A DNA stretch of 64,000 bases from Escherichia coli. Lineage in GTDB: Bacteria > Pseudomonadota > Gammaproteobacteria > Enterobacterales > Enterobacteriaceae. Made by a program: the position numbers and the translations under genes. The notes under the pieces are model-generated. The model ran no database searches. It was not told where the DNA came from and saw only the letters and a list, made by a program, of their open reading frames with translations. This document shows positions 47,397-57,812 of this stretch, one piece after another. Positions within the stretch are counted from its first letter, which is position 1. Each line of letters begins with the position of its first letter. Location of the stretch: the NCBI RefSeq assembly GCF_013122565.1, contig NZ_CP053258.1; one strand, given 5' to 3'.

Positions 47397-47807
47397 ATGT
47401 CCAGACCAACTATCATCATTAACGACCTGGATGCCGAACGCATCGATATTCTGCTGGAGCAACCCGCCTATGCTGGTTTGCCAATCGCCGACGCGTTAAA
47501 CGCAGAGTTGGATCGCGCCCAAATGTGTTCGCCAGAAGAGATGCCACACGACGTGGTGACAATGAACAGCCGGGTTAAATTCCGCAATCTTAGCGATGGC
47601 GAAGTGCGTGTGCGCACGCTGGTGTATCCGGCAAAAATGACCGATAGCAATACTCAGCTTTCCGTTATGGCTCCGGTAGGTGCCGCACTGCTGGGACTGC
47701 GCGTTGGCGATTCCATTCACTGGGAACTTCCGGGCGGCGTTGCAACCCACCTTGAAGTGCTGGAACTCGAATACCAGCCAGAAGCTGCTGGCGACTACCT
47801 GCTTTAA
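47397..47807 (+). CDS. rnk: Regulator of nucleoside diphosphate kinase Rnk (GreA/B-like), 136 aa
   Basis: ORF 47397..47807; recognised sequence. Confidence 0.9.
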
Positions 47808-47944
47808 TCCCATCTGCACAAGCGATAACTCGCTTTGCCCAGAGGATGCACTCGCATCCTCTTTACGCAAAATCAGCAATTTTTCCTGGTTCTCACTGTT
47901 CACTTTTGCTGCAAAATTATTCCGTTTCGTTTGTGGGAATAACC

Positions 47945-48034
47945 ATGGCAGAAGCATTTTACATCCTGATAGGATTCCTGATTATGGCGGCGATTATCGT
48001 CATGGCTGTCCTTTACCTCGAAAACCACTCCTGA
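47945..48034 (+). CDS. Candidate small membrane peptide ORF (29 aa, MAEAFYILIGFLIMAAIIVMAVLYLENHS)
   Basis: ATG at 47945 with GGGA 6 nt upstream; single hydrophobic helix; stop 3 nt from ybdR stop (tail-to-tail); unverified. Confidence 0.3.
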   Translation: MAEAFYILIGFLIMAAIIVMAVLYLENHS

Positions 48035-48037
48035 CGA

Positions 48038-49276
48038 TCATATTGTTCCCCCCGGCATCGCATTCACCAGACCTGAAACTGCCTTCTGCGCTGCCTCTGC
48101 GCTTTGTGCACCGGGTACCAGAATCACCTTACGGCACTCCTCTTCACGTTTTTCGAAAATCTCATATCCCCGGGCGGCCTCTTCAAACGGCATATAGTGG
48201 GTAACAATTTCTTCTGGTTTCAGTAATCCTTTCTCAATTAACGGTAATAATTCTCCCAGCCATGCGTGAACGTGGGTCTGTCCCATTTTAAACGTCAACC
48301 CTTTATCAAAGGCGTCGCCAAACAGGAAACCGTGAATAAATCCAGCGTAGACGCCCGGCACGCTAACAATGCCGCCACGCCTGACCGCCGCAATACACTG
48401 GCGCAACGCTTTACCGCTGCTGCCCTCCAGTTTCAGGTTAGTCAGCACCGTTTCCGTGGTGCTGCCTTTCGCTTCAAAACCGACGGCGTCTATTACTGCA
48501 TCCACGCCCCGGTGACCTGCCGTTTGTTCAATAATTGACTGTGCCGGATCGCTATCTTCATCAAAATTAATCGGGATCGCGCCGTAGCGGTCAGCGGCGA
48601 AACGCAAGCGGTAGGGATGATGATCAACAACAAAAATCTGTTCCGCACCGAGCAACCGTGCACAGGCGATTGTCAACAATCCCACAGGACCGGCACCATA
48701 GACTGCAACGCTTGAACCTTGTTGGATCTGCGCATTTTTTGCTGCCTGCCATGCCGTTGGCAGAATATCAGAAAGGAAAAGGGCTTTATCATCTGAAAGC
48801 AAAGGCGGTACTTTAAACGGCCCCACATTCCCTTTAGGGACGCGGACATATTCCGCCTGCCCGCCAGGAACGCCACCATACAGGTGACTATAACCAAACA
48901 ATGCCGCGGGAGCTGGTATCTGTTTTTTATTGAGCGCAGCGCCTTTACCCGCATTGGTATTTTCGCAGGCGGCATATTGCTGCAATCGACAGAAAAAACA
49001 GTCGCCACAAGCAATGACGAACGGAATTACCACCCGGTCGCCTTTTTGCAAATTTTTTACGTCCTTTCCGGTTTCAACGACTTCCCCCATAAATTCATGA
49101 CCAAAAATATCGCCATGTTTAACCTGGGGTATTTTGCCTCGATAAAGGTGGAGGTCAGAGCCACAGATCGCCGTTGCCGTAATACGCAGAATTATATCAT
49201 CTGCCTGTTCAATGCCCGGATCGGGAACATTTTCTACCTGAACGTGATGTGGGCCGTGATAAGTCAATGCTTTCAT
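48038..49276 (-). CDS. ybdR: Zn-dependent medium-chain dehydrogenase/reductase YbdR, 412 aa
   Basis: GHEFMGEV zinc motif and GAGPVG Rossmann motif. Confidence 0.9.
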   Translation of the reverse strand: MKALTYHGPHHVQVENVPDPGIEQADDIILRITATAICGSDLHLYRGKIPQVKHGDIFGHEFMGEVVETGKDVKNLQKGDRVVIPFVIACGDCFFCRLQQYAACENTNAGKGAALNKKQIPAPAALFGYSHLYGGVPGGQAEYVRVPKGNVGPFKVPPLLSDDKALFLSDILPTAWQAAKNAQIQQGSSVAVYGAGPVGLLTIACARLLGAEQIFVVDHHPYRLRFAADRYGAIPINFDEDSDPAQSIIEQTAGHRGVDAVIDAVGFEAKGSTTETVLTNLKLEGSSGKALRQCIAAVRRGGIVSVPGVYAGFIHGFLFGDAFDKGLTFKMGQTHVHAWLGELLPLIEKGLLKPEEIVTHYMPFEEAARGYEIFEKREEECRKVILVPGAQSAEAAQKAVSGLVNAMPGGTI

Positions 49277-49496
49277 GCAACCTCCAGAGACAGTTCAAAA
49301 AAGAGTCAGTCTTTAAGGGTAGCTATCACAGCGGGAAAACGGGCGGTACCGCAGGATTTGGGAGAATTCCTGGTGTTCAGTGAGAATATATTCATCACAG
49401 AAACAGTTCGTAAGGAAAAAGAACCAGACAAATATCAGGGATAAATATTATAATCATGGCGAATGATTTGTTCATGATTAACAGGGAGAAAGGGTT

Positions 49497-49925
49497 ATGT
49501 ATAAGACAATCATTATGCCAGTTGATGTATTTGAAATGGAATTGAGCGACAAAGCTGTTCGCCACGCTGAATTCCTCGCCCAGGATGACGGAGTTATTCA
49601 TCTACTTCACGTACTACCCGGGTCAGCCAGCCTGAGCCTGCACCGTTTTGCCGCTGATGTGCGTCGTTTTGAAGAGCATCTGCAACATGAAGCAGAAGAA
49701 CGTCTGCAAACGATGGTCAGCCACTTCACCATCGATCCTTCCCGCATTAAACAACATGTCCGTTTTGGTAGTGTGCGGGATGAAGTCAATGAGTTGGCAG
49801 AAGAACTGGGTGCTGATGTTGTTGTTATCGGTTCTCGCAACCCATCGATTTCGACCCATCTGTTAGGTTCTAACGCCTCGAGCGTGATCCGCCACGCCAA
49901 TCTGCCGGTGCTGGTTGTGCGTTAA
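49497..49925 (+). CDS. uspG: Universal stress protein UspG, 142 aa
   Basis: Usp-family C-terminal motif (GSRNPS…[18 protein letters not shown]). Confidence 0.9.
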   Translation: MYKTIIMPVDVFEMELSDKAVRHAEFLAQDDGVIHLLHVLPGSASLSLHRFAADVRRFEEHLQHEAEERLQTMVSHFTIDPSRIKQHVRFGSVRDEVNELAEELGADVVVIGSRNPSISTHLLGSNASSVIRHANLPVLVVR

Positions 49926-49944
49926 TTGCCAGAATAAGTATCCC

Positions 49945-49980
49945 GCCCTGCCCGGAGTCATCCCGGCAGGGCTTTTTATT
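49945..49980 (+). terminator. Intrinsic terminator after uspG
   Basis: GCCCTGCCCGG…CCCGGCAGGGC stem (one mismatch) followed by TTTTTATT. Confidence 0.65.
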
Positions 49981-50045
49981 GCCATAAAAAAGCCGCCAGG
50001 TTTGACCCCGGCGGCTAAACAATTGCAGGTGAATCTTACTTCTTC

Positions 50046-51611
50046 TTATGCAGTTTTGGTGCGAATCAGGTAGTCAAAAGCACTCAGAGAGGCTTTGGCA
50101 CCTTCGCCAGTAGCGATGATGATCTGCTTGTACGGAACCGTCGTACAGTCACCCGCTGCGAACACGCCTTTGACGTTGGTTTCACATTTCGCATCAATGA
50201 TAATCTCACCCATGCGGTTACGCTCGACTGCGCCTTCCAGCCAGTTAGTGTTCGGCAGCAGACCAATCTGGACGAAAATACCGGCCAGTTCGATGTTGTG
50301 AATATCGCCGCTGACACGATCACGATATTCCAGACCAACGACTTTGCTGCCGTCGCCTTTCACTTCCGTAGTTTGCGCATTCAGAATGATGTCGACGTTT
50401 TTCAGGCTGCGCAGTTTGTCCTGCAGAACCTGGTCGGCTTTCATTTCTGGCGCAAATTCCAGCAGAGTAACGTGTTCAACGATACCCGCCAGGTCGATTG
50501 CCGCTTCCACGCCGGAGTTACCGCCGCCGATAACCGCTACGCGTTTGCCTTTAAACAGCGGGCCGTCGCAGTGCGGGCAGTAGGTCACGCCCTTGGTGCG
50601 ATACTGATCTTCGCCAGGAACGTTCATGTTGCGCCATTTTGCACCAGTCGCCACGATAATGCTGCGTGCTTTCAGTACCGCGCCAGAAGCTGTTTCAATC
50701 TGATGCAGGCCACCTTCAACCGCTGCCGGGATCAGTTTGCTGGCGCTCTGGCTGTCGATCACATCAACGTCGTATTCATCAACGTGAACTTTCAGCGCAC
50801 CTGCCAGTTTCTGGCCTTCGGTCTTCGGTACAGAAATGTAGTTTTCGATATCAACGGTATCGAGGATCTGACCACCAAAACGTTCGCCCATCAAACCAGT
50901 ACGGATACCTTTACGTGCGGAGTAAATTGCTGCCGCTGCACCCGCCGGGCCGGAACCGACGATTAATACGTCATAAGCATCACGCTTGTTCAGCTCTTCT
51001 GCCGCACGTTTTTCCGCGCCAGTATCAATTTTGGCGACGATTTCAGTCAACGTCATGCGGCCCTGACCAAACTCTTTCCCGTTTACGAACACTGCCGGAA
51101 CGCCCATCACGTTGCGATCGGTGATTTCGTTCTGGAAGGTGCCGCCGTCAATTGCAGTGTGCTTGATGCGCGGATTCAGTACGCTCATCAGGTTCAGCGC
51201 CTGCACCACGTCCGGGCAATTGTGGCAAGAGAGCGAGTAATAGGTTTCGAATTCAAAATCACCGTCAATATGGCGAATCTGCTCCAGCAGAGACTGCGCT
51301 TCTTTCGACGGATGACCACCGGTCCACAGCAGCGCCAGTACCAGCGAGGTGAACTCGTGGCCCAGCGGGGAGCCTGCAAAACGTGGCCCCTGGTTGGAAC
51401 CTGGGTTGGTGATCAGGAAAGACGGCTTACGCACCGGCAAGCTGTTATCTTCTTTAAAGGTGACTTTGTCTGACAGTTCTGCGATTTCAGCCAACAGTTC
51501 CTTGATTTCTGCCGATTTAGCGCTGTCATCCAGCGTGGCAATTAACTCAACAGGCTTGGTCAATTTCTCAAGGTAAGCCTTGAGTTGAGTTTTCATATTT
51601 GTGTCGAGCAT
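50046..51611 (-). CDS. ahpF: Alkyl hydroperoxide reductase flavoprotein subunit AhpF, 521 aa
   Basis: Start at internal ATG 51611 ([10 protein letters not shown]…); CHNC and CPHC redox centres. Confidence 0.95.
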
Positions 51612-51697
51612 GTTTATCTCCTGGGCTTTAAACATCATCATGCAAGCGGCCTCTGCGGCTACCTGGATGCAGCTTGCATCATGGTGCGGGGAAGAAA

Positions 51698-51719
51698 ATC
51701 GGGTGCCGCAGCACCCGAT
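51698..51719 (-). terminator. Hairpin (partial terminator/attenuator) between ahpC and ahpF
   Basis: ATCGGGTGC-CGCA-GCACCCGAT perfect 9-bp stem; minus-strand downstream tract TTTTCTTCCCC. Confidence 0.5.
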
Positions 51720-51781
51720 TAATTAGGTGAATTTCCGAAGTATTTCGCGCCGGAGTTGGTAGCGCGAAAGACGAAGGAAAT

Positions 51782-52345
51782 TTAGATTTTACCAACCAGG
51801 TCCAGAGACGGAGCCAGAGTTGCTTCACCTTCTTTCCATTTAGCCGGGCAAACTTCACCTGGGTGAGAAGCAACGTACTGGGCTGCTTTGATTTTGCGCA
51901 GCAGGTCAGACGCGTCACGGCCAATGCCTTCAGCGGTAACTTCGATAGCCTGGATGATACCCTGCGGGTCAACTACGAAGGTCGCACGGTCAGCCAGACC
52001 TTCTTCTTCACGCATGTTTTCGAAGTTACGGGTCAGGGCGCCAGTCGGGTCGCCGATCATCGCATATTTGATTTTAGCGATGGTTTCAGAGCTGCTGTGC
52101 CATGCTTTGTGGGTGAAGTGAGTATCAGTAGATACTGCGTATACGTCTACGCCCAGTTTCTGCAGTTCTTCGTAGTGGTCAGCAACGTCACCCAGTTCGG
52201 TCGGGCATACGAAAGTAAAGTCAGCCGGGTAGAAGAAGAAGACGCTCCAGCGGCCTTCGGTATCTTTTTCGGTGATTTCGATGAATTCGCCGTTTTTGAA
52301 TGCCTGGTTTTTAAAAGGTTTGATTTTGGTGTTAATCAAGGACAT
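51782..52345 (-). CDS. ahpC: Alkyl hydroperoxide reductase peroxiredoxin AhpC, 187 aa
   Basis: Peroxidatic Cys in FTFVCPTEL. Confidence 0.97.
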   Translation of the reverse strand: MSLINTKIKPFKNQAFKNGEFIEITEKDTEGRWSVFFFYPADFTFVCPTELGDVADHYEELQKLGVDVYAVSTDTHFTHKAWHSSSETIAKIKYAMIGDPTGALTRNFENMREEEGLADRATFVVDPQGIIQAIEVTAEGIGRDASDLLRKIKAAQYVASHPGEVCPAKWKEGEATLAPSLDLVGKI

Positions 52346-52718
52346 CTATACTTCCTCCGTGTTTTCGATGGGATGTAAGGTAACGAATTTTTTTCGATTC
52401 CGCTAATGTGTTTCCATTATCGAATCGATAAGTTTTACCTTACAACCTTCGTAAGACAACTTTGTGAACTTTGCACCGCCGGCGGCGATAAAAAGTAAAA
52501 TGGGCCCCCTTTCCAGGTGACCGTGTAATCTGAACTACCCTTTGGTATCTTCAGCGCCTGTTCAGCAGGCTGCGTTGTTGCCCTTACAAATGCAACAACG
52601 ATAAGGATTACAACACCCTCATAAACAAAGGGCAATCACCTGATCTAAGCTCTTACCTATGACAGTGATAGGTTATGCCTTTTGCCCCATTTTTGCACTG
52701 ACTGAAAAGGATAAATAA
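52346..52718. promoter_or_regulatory. Divergent ahpC / dsbG control region
   Basis: 373-bp spacer between divergent starts; both genes are OxyR-regulated in E. coli per literature; exact site not mapped here. Confidence 0.5.
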
Positions 52719-53465
52719 ATGCTAAAAAAGTCACTTTTAATGACAATGCTACCTGCCATTGCCTTCGCAGAGGAACTTCCTGCTCCAGTAAAAGCGATTG
52801 AAAAACAGGGCATTACAATCATCAAAACGTTCGATGCCCCCGGAGGAATGAAAGGTTATCTCGGAAAGTATCAGGATATGGGCGTCACCATCTACCTGAC
52901 TCCAGATGGTAAGCACGCTATCTCTGGTTACATGTACAACGAGAAAGGTGAAAACCTGAGTAACACACTTATCGAAAAAGAAATTTACGCACCAGCCGGA
53001 CGCGAAATGTGGCAACGGATGGAACAATCCCACTGGCTCCTCGACGGTAAAAAAGACGCGCCGGTCATTGTCTACGTCTTCGCCGATCCGTTCTGCCCAT
53101 ATTGTAAACAGTTCTGGCAGCAGGCGCGCCCGTGGGTAGATTCTGGCAAAGTGCAGTTGAGAACATTGTTGGTTGGGGTTATCAAACCAGAAAGTCCGGC
53201 GACAGCCGCGGCAATTCTTGCCTCCAAAGATCCCGCAAAAACCTGGCAAGAATATGAAGCCTCTGGTGGCAAGCTTAAGCTAAACGTGCCTGCAAACGTA
53301 AGTACAGAGCAAATGAAAGTGTTAAGCGATAACGAGCAACTCATGGACGATCTGGGGGCAAATGTCACACCCGCTATCTATTACATGAGTAAGGAAAATA
53401 CGTTGCAACAAGCCGTGGGGTTGCCCGATCAGAAAACGCTTAATATCATTATGGGAAATAAATAA
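52719..53465 (+). CDS. dsbG: Periplasmic disulfide isomerase DsbG, 248 aa
   Basis: Signal peptide; CPYC thioredoxin-fold active site. Confidence 0.95.
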   Translation: MLKKSLLMTMLPAIAFAEELPAPVKAIEKQGITIIKTFDAPGGMKGYLGKYQDMGVTIYLTPDGKHAISGYMYNEKGENLSNTLIEKEIYAPAGREMWQRMEQSHWLLDGKKDAPVIVYVFADPFCPYCKQFWQQARPWVDSGKVQLRTLLVGVIKPESPATAAAILASKDPAKTWQEYEASGGKLKLNVPANVSTEQMKVLSDNEQLMDDLGANVTPAIYYMSKENTLQQAVGLPDQKTLNIIMGNK

Positions 53466-53477
53466 AAGATAATTCAT

Positions 53478-53513
53478 GGATGGTTGAAATATACCCCTGC
53501 TTTTCAACCATCC
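53478..53513 (+). terminator. Stem-loop 12 nt after dsbG stop
   Basis: GGATGGTTGAAA / TTTCAACCATCC perfect 12-bp stem, 12-nt loop; weak T-tract. Confidence 0.45.
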
Positions 53514-53672
53514 TTAAAACGCATGAATTGCTCGCTCTGTGCCAGATGGCTGTGCTATTTTAGAAAAACTTAATCCTGAGTTAAGCAAAAAAACATAATC
53601 AATAAAAATATATACGCAAAAACATTGATTAAGTGAATACTTCATGGAAGAAAAATATAACCGGAGTACTGT

Positions 53673-54575
53673 ATGGCCAATCTCTACGACCTGAAAAAGT
53701 TCGACTTAAATCTTCTTGTCATCTTTGAGTGCATTTATAAACACTTAAGCATAAGCAAGGCTGCTGAGTCATTATATATCACTCCATCAGCAGTGAGTCA
53801 GTCGTTACAACGCTTACGTGCGCAATTTAATGACCCTTTATTCATTCGCTCAGGAAAAGGTATCACGCCAACTACGACAGGGTTAAATTTACACAATCAC
53901 CTTGAGAAAAACCTCAGAGGTCTTGAGCAAACAATCAATCTTGTTAATAAATCGGAAGTAAAGAAAAATTTTATTATCTACGGTCCTCAGCTCATCTCCT
54001 GTTCTCATAACCGCATGCTGATCCGCTGCCTACGGCAAGATACCTCGGTCGAGATTGAGTGCCATGACACACTTATTTCAGCCGAGAATGCTGAAGAACT
54101 GTTGGTTCATCGCAAAGCCGATCTGGTGATCACTCAAATGCCAGTGATCAGTCGTTCCGTCATTTGTATGCCATTGCATACGATTCGTAATACCCTAATT
54201 TGTAGTAATAAACATCCCCGGATTACAGATACCAGTACTTACGAACAAATTATGGAAGAAGAGTTCACCCAATTAATTTCCAAATCATCGGGGCTTGATG
54301 ACATTCAAATGGAAATAGACGAGAGGTTTATAAATCGTAAAATTGCCTTTCGTGGCTCCTCTTTATTGGCGATCATAAATAGCATTGCGATTACAGATTT
54401 GCTAGGAATAGTTCCCTTTGAACTTTATGAATCCCACCAAGAATCTCTTAATTTAAAGGAAATAAAACTAGAGCACCCCCTACCCTTGGTTAAGCTTTAC
54501 ATTTGTTACAACAAGACTTCTCTAAACAACCTGGCATTCTCACGATTCATTGACAGATTGAATGATAATTCTTGA
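53673..54575 (+). CDS. ybdO: LysR-family transcriptional regulator YbdO, 300 aa
   Basis: N-terminal HTH (ISKAAESLYITPSAVSQSLQRLR); AT-rich gene. Confidence 0.85.
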   Translation: MANLYDLKKFDLNLLVIFECIYKHLSISKAAESLYITPSAVSQSLQRLRAQFNDPLFIRSGKGITPTTTGLNLHNHLEKNLRGLEQTINLVNKSEVKKNFIIYGPQLISCSHNRMLIRCLRQDTSVEIECHDTLISAENAEELLVHRKADLVITQMPVISRSVICMPLHTIRNTLICSNKHPRITDTSTYEQIMEEEFTQLISKSSGLDDIQMEIDERFINRKIAFRGSSLLAIINSIAITDLLGIVPFELYESHQESLNLKEIKLEHPLPLVKLYICYNKTSLNNLAFSRFIDRLNDNS

Positions 54576-54720
54576 TATATAGATTCAGAGAGAGGCTACA
54601 TCCTTTCATTTCTATTCATTTCATCAATAAAAAATAAAATACTCTACCTTACAGGACTTACTTTATAATTAACGACCTTATCTCACTGATCACCCTGTAA
54701 CGTTCAGAGAGCGTATTTAG

Positions 54721-55941
54721 ATGTCTATTTATAAAATTCCTCTTCCACTCAATATTCTGGAAGCTGCACGAGAGCGTATTACCTGGACACTCAATACCCT
54801 ACCCCGCGTTTGTGTCTCATTTTCTGGCGGCAAAGACTCTGGTTTAATGCTGCATCTGACAGCCGACCTTGCCCGACAAATGGGCAAAAAAATCTGCGTT
54901 TTGTTTATCGACTGGGAAGCGCAGTTCTCATGCACTATCAACTATGTTCAGTCACTACGCGAGTTTTACGCCGATGTCATCGAAGAGTTTTACTGGGTTG
55001 CGCTCCCGCTTACGACGCAAAATTCCCTTTCACAATACCAACCCGAATGGCAGTGCTGGGAACCTGATGTCGAATGGGTGCGTCAGCCCCCGCAAGATGC
55101 GATAACCGATCCTGACTTTTTCTCCTTTTACCAGCCAGGCATGACCTTCGAACAATTTGTACGTGAGTTTGCCGAATGGTTTTCACAAAAACGTCCGGCG
55201 GCGATGATGATCGGCATCCGTGCGGATGAGTCCTACAATCGTTTTGTCGCCATCGCCAGTTTAAATAAACAACGTTTTGCCGACGATAAACCCTGGACTA
55301 CGGCCGCGCCAGGCGGTCATAGCTGGTACATATACCCCATCTACGACTGGAAAGTCGCCGATATCTGGACCTGGTATGCTAAAAACCAAAGCCTCTGTAA
55401 CCCACTGTATAATCTGATGTATCAGGCAGGTGTCCCTCTGCGTCATATGCGAATTTGCGAACCTTTTGGCCCGGAGCAACGGCAAGGATTATGGCTCTAT
55501 CACGTCATCGAACCGGATCGCTGGGCGGCCATGTGCGCACGAGTCAGCGGAGTAAAAAGTGGCGGCATTTACGCCGGACATGACAACCATTTTTATGGTC
55601 ATCGTAAAATCCTCAAGCCGGAACATTTAGACTGGCAGGAGTATGCATTATTGCTACTCAGCAGCATGCCGGTGAAAACAGCTGAACATTACCGTAATAA
55701 AATCGCCATTTATTTGCACTGGTATCAGAAAAAAGGCATCGAGGTTCCACAAACCCAACAAGGGGACATTGGCGCGAAAGATATCCCCTCCTGGCGGCGA
55801 ATATGCAAAGTTTTACTCAACAACGATTACTGGTGCCGGGCATTATCATTTAGCCCCACAAAAGCGAAGAATTATCAGCGTTATAACGAACGGATAAAAG
55901 GAAAACGTCAGGAATGGGGGATACTATGCAACAACGATTAA
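54721..55941 (+). CDS. ybdN: PP-loop / PAPS-reductase-like protein YbdN, 406 aa
   Basis: N-terminal PP-loop SFSGGKDS; ORF 54721..55941. Confidence 0.85.
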   Translation: MSIYKIPLPLNILEAARERITWTLNTLPRVCVSFSGGKDSGLMLHLTADLARQMGKKICVLFIDWEAQFSCTINYVQSLREFYADVIEEFYWVALPLTTQNSLSQYQPEWQCWEPDVEWVRQPPQDAITDPDFFSFYQPGMTFEQFVREFAEWFSQKRPAAMMIGIRADESYNRFVAIASLNKQRFADDKPWTTAAPGGHSWYIYPIYDWKVADIWTWYAKNQSLCNPLYNLMYQAGVPLRHMRICEPFGPEQRQGLWLYHVIEPDRWAAMCARVSGVKSGGIYAGHDNHFYGHRKILKPEHLDWQEYALLLLSSMPVKTAEHYRNKIAIYLHWYQKKGIEVPQTQQGDIGAKDIPSWRRICKVLLNNDYWCRALSFSPTKAKNYQRYNERIKGKRQEWGILCNND

Positions 55942-56543
55942 CGCAGGATTTAACGCAATTTCTCGCCAGCTTGCCGGAAGACGATCGCATCAAAGCGATT
56001 AATGAAATCCGCATGGCGATCCATCAGGTAAGTCCTTTTCGGGAAGAGCCGGTGGATTGTGTTTTGTGGGTCAAAAATGATCAGCTTGTGCCAAATGATT
56101 ACAACCCAAACAACGTGGCACCGCCCGAGAAAAAATTGCTGAAAAAATCCATTGAAACTGATGGTTTTACCCAACCCATTGTGGTGACCAACACGACAGC
56201 CAATTCACTTGAAATCGTTGATGGTTTTCACCGCCATGAAATCGGTAAAGGATCATCATCATTAAAACTACGCTTAAAAGGTTATTTACCGGTGACCTGC
56301 CTGGAGGGGACGCGTAATCAGCGCATCGCCGCGACTATTCGTCATAATCGCGCTCGTGGACGCCATCAAATCACCGCCATGTCGGAAATCGTCCGTGAAC
56401 TTAGCCTGTTGGGATGGGACGATAATAAAATTGGCAAAGAGCTGGGAATGGACAGCGACGAAGTGCTGCGCCTGAAGCAAATTAACGGCCTGCAAGAGTT
56501 GTTTGCCGACCGTCAATATTCCCGCGCCTGGACTGTCAAATAA
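55914..56543 (+). CDS. ybdM: ParB/sulfiredoxin-like domain protein YbdM, 209 aa
   Basis: DGFHR motif; 28-nt overlap with ybdN. Confidence 0.85.
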   Translation: MGDTMQQRLTQDLTQFLASLPEDDRIKAINEIRMAIHQVSPFREEPVDCVLWVKNDQLVPNDYNPNNVAPPEKKLLKKSIETDGFTQPIVVTNTTANSLEIVDGFHRHEIGKGSSSLKLRLKGYLPVTCLEGTRNQRIAATIRHNRARGRHQITAMSEIVRELSLLGWDDNKIGKELGMDSDEVLRLKQINGLQELFADRQYSRAWTVK

Positions 56544-57704
56544 CTACAGCTGGCGCAGGCGTTCAGCTGCTGCCAGCAACGTCGATTCCTTCTTGGCAAA
56601 ACAGAGACGAATCAGTTTATGTGGGAAGGGATCGGCGCAAAACACCGATAGCGGAATCGCCGCTACGCCGTGCTCCTGCGTCAGCCACTGGCAAAACTCA
56701 ACATCATCCAGGGTAGATACGGCGCTGTAATCCACCAGCAAAAAGTATGTGCCTTCGCACGGTAAAATCTCCAGCCGACTTTCATTTAAGGCGTTAACCA
56801 GAATATCGCGCTTCTGGCGATAAAAGTCCGGTAACGCAAGATAATGCTCAGGTTCTGCACGTAGCATATCGGCAAGCGCCAGCTGTGCCGGGGTATTTAC
56901 CGAAAAGGTCAGATACTGATGTACCTTGCGAATTTCGGCACTGATGGGCGCTGGCGCAACGCAATAACCCACTTTCCAGCCGGTCATATGATAGGTCTTG
57001 CCAAACGATGACACCGCCACCGCCCGCTCACGCAACTGCGGATGCGCCAGCACACTGGCATGGCCCTGTTGTGAAAAGTTGATGTGCTCGTAGACTTCAT
57101 CGCTAATGACAAAAATCTCGTGCCCGGCGATCGCCTGCCACAAAGCGGCGAAATCAGCCTGCTGCCAGACAGTTGCACTGGGGTTATGCGGAGTGTTGAG
57201 GATCACCAGTCGGGTGCGCTCGCTTAACAATGCGGCAAATTCCTGCCAGTCAACGCGAAAATGCGGTGGTTGCAGTGCCATACGCTTCACTATTCCCCCA
57301 GAAAGCGCGATGGCGGGGGCGTAACTGTCATAGCTGGGATCAAAACAAATCACTTCATCGCCATTGCGCACCAATGCGGTAATCGCCGCGTATAACGCCT
57401 CCGTCGCCCCTGCCGTTACGGTGATATCGCTGTCGGCATCCGGTTGATAGCCATACAGACGTTCCGTTTTCTGAGCAATCGCCTCGCGCAAGGCCTGCAC
57501 GCCGCTCATGGGCGCGTATTGGTTTGCCCCCTGGGCAACGTGGTACGCCAGTCGCTCTTGTAAATAGCGCGGACCATCAAAATCAGGAAAGCCTTGCGAA
57601 AGGTTAATCGCCTGGTGTTGCTGCGCCAGCGCGCTCATCTGGGTGAAAATAGTGGTGCCAAGTTGTGGAAGTTTGCTTTGTGGAATCAGAGGGTTATTTG
57701 TCAT
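56544..57704 (-). CDS. ybdL: PLP-dependent methionine aminotransferase YbdL, 386 aa
   Basis: Class I aminotransferase; PLP lysine in SFGKTYHMTGWKVGY. Confidence 0.9.
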   Translation of the reverse strand: MTNNPLIPQSKLPQLGTTIFTQMSALAQQHQAINLSQGFPDFDGPRYLQERLAYHVAQGANQYAPMSGVQALREAIAQKTERLYGYQPDADSDITVTAGATEALYAAITALVRNGDEVICFDPSYDSYAPAIALSGGIVKRMALQPPHFRVDWQEFAALLSERTRLVILNTPHNPSATVWQQADFAALWQAIAGHEIFVISDEVYEHINFSQQGHASVLAHPQLRERAVAVSSFGKTYHMTGWKVGYCVAPAPISAEIRKVHQYLTFSVNTPAQLALADMLRAEPEHYLALPDFYRQKRDILVNALNESRLEILPCEGTYFLLVDYSAVSTLDDVEFCQWLTQEHGVAAIPLSVFCADPFPHKLIRLCFAKKESTLLAAAERLRQL

Positions 57705-57812
57705 TTTTATTGTACCTGACGAAGTTGCGTGTTGAAGGCACTATAACACGATGCTAGTATTTGGCAATCAAGACGTTTAGATGTCTAAATAAAACAATAA
57801 GGACAACACAAC

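Noticed and set aside
52435-52635. 66-aa ORF on the minus strand within the ahpC/dsbG divergent region
   Set aside because: It sits in a known regulatory spacer and has no start context, so it is most likely a chance ORF.
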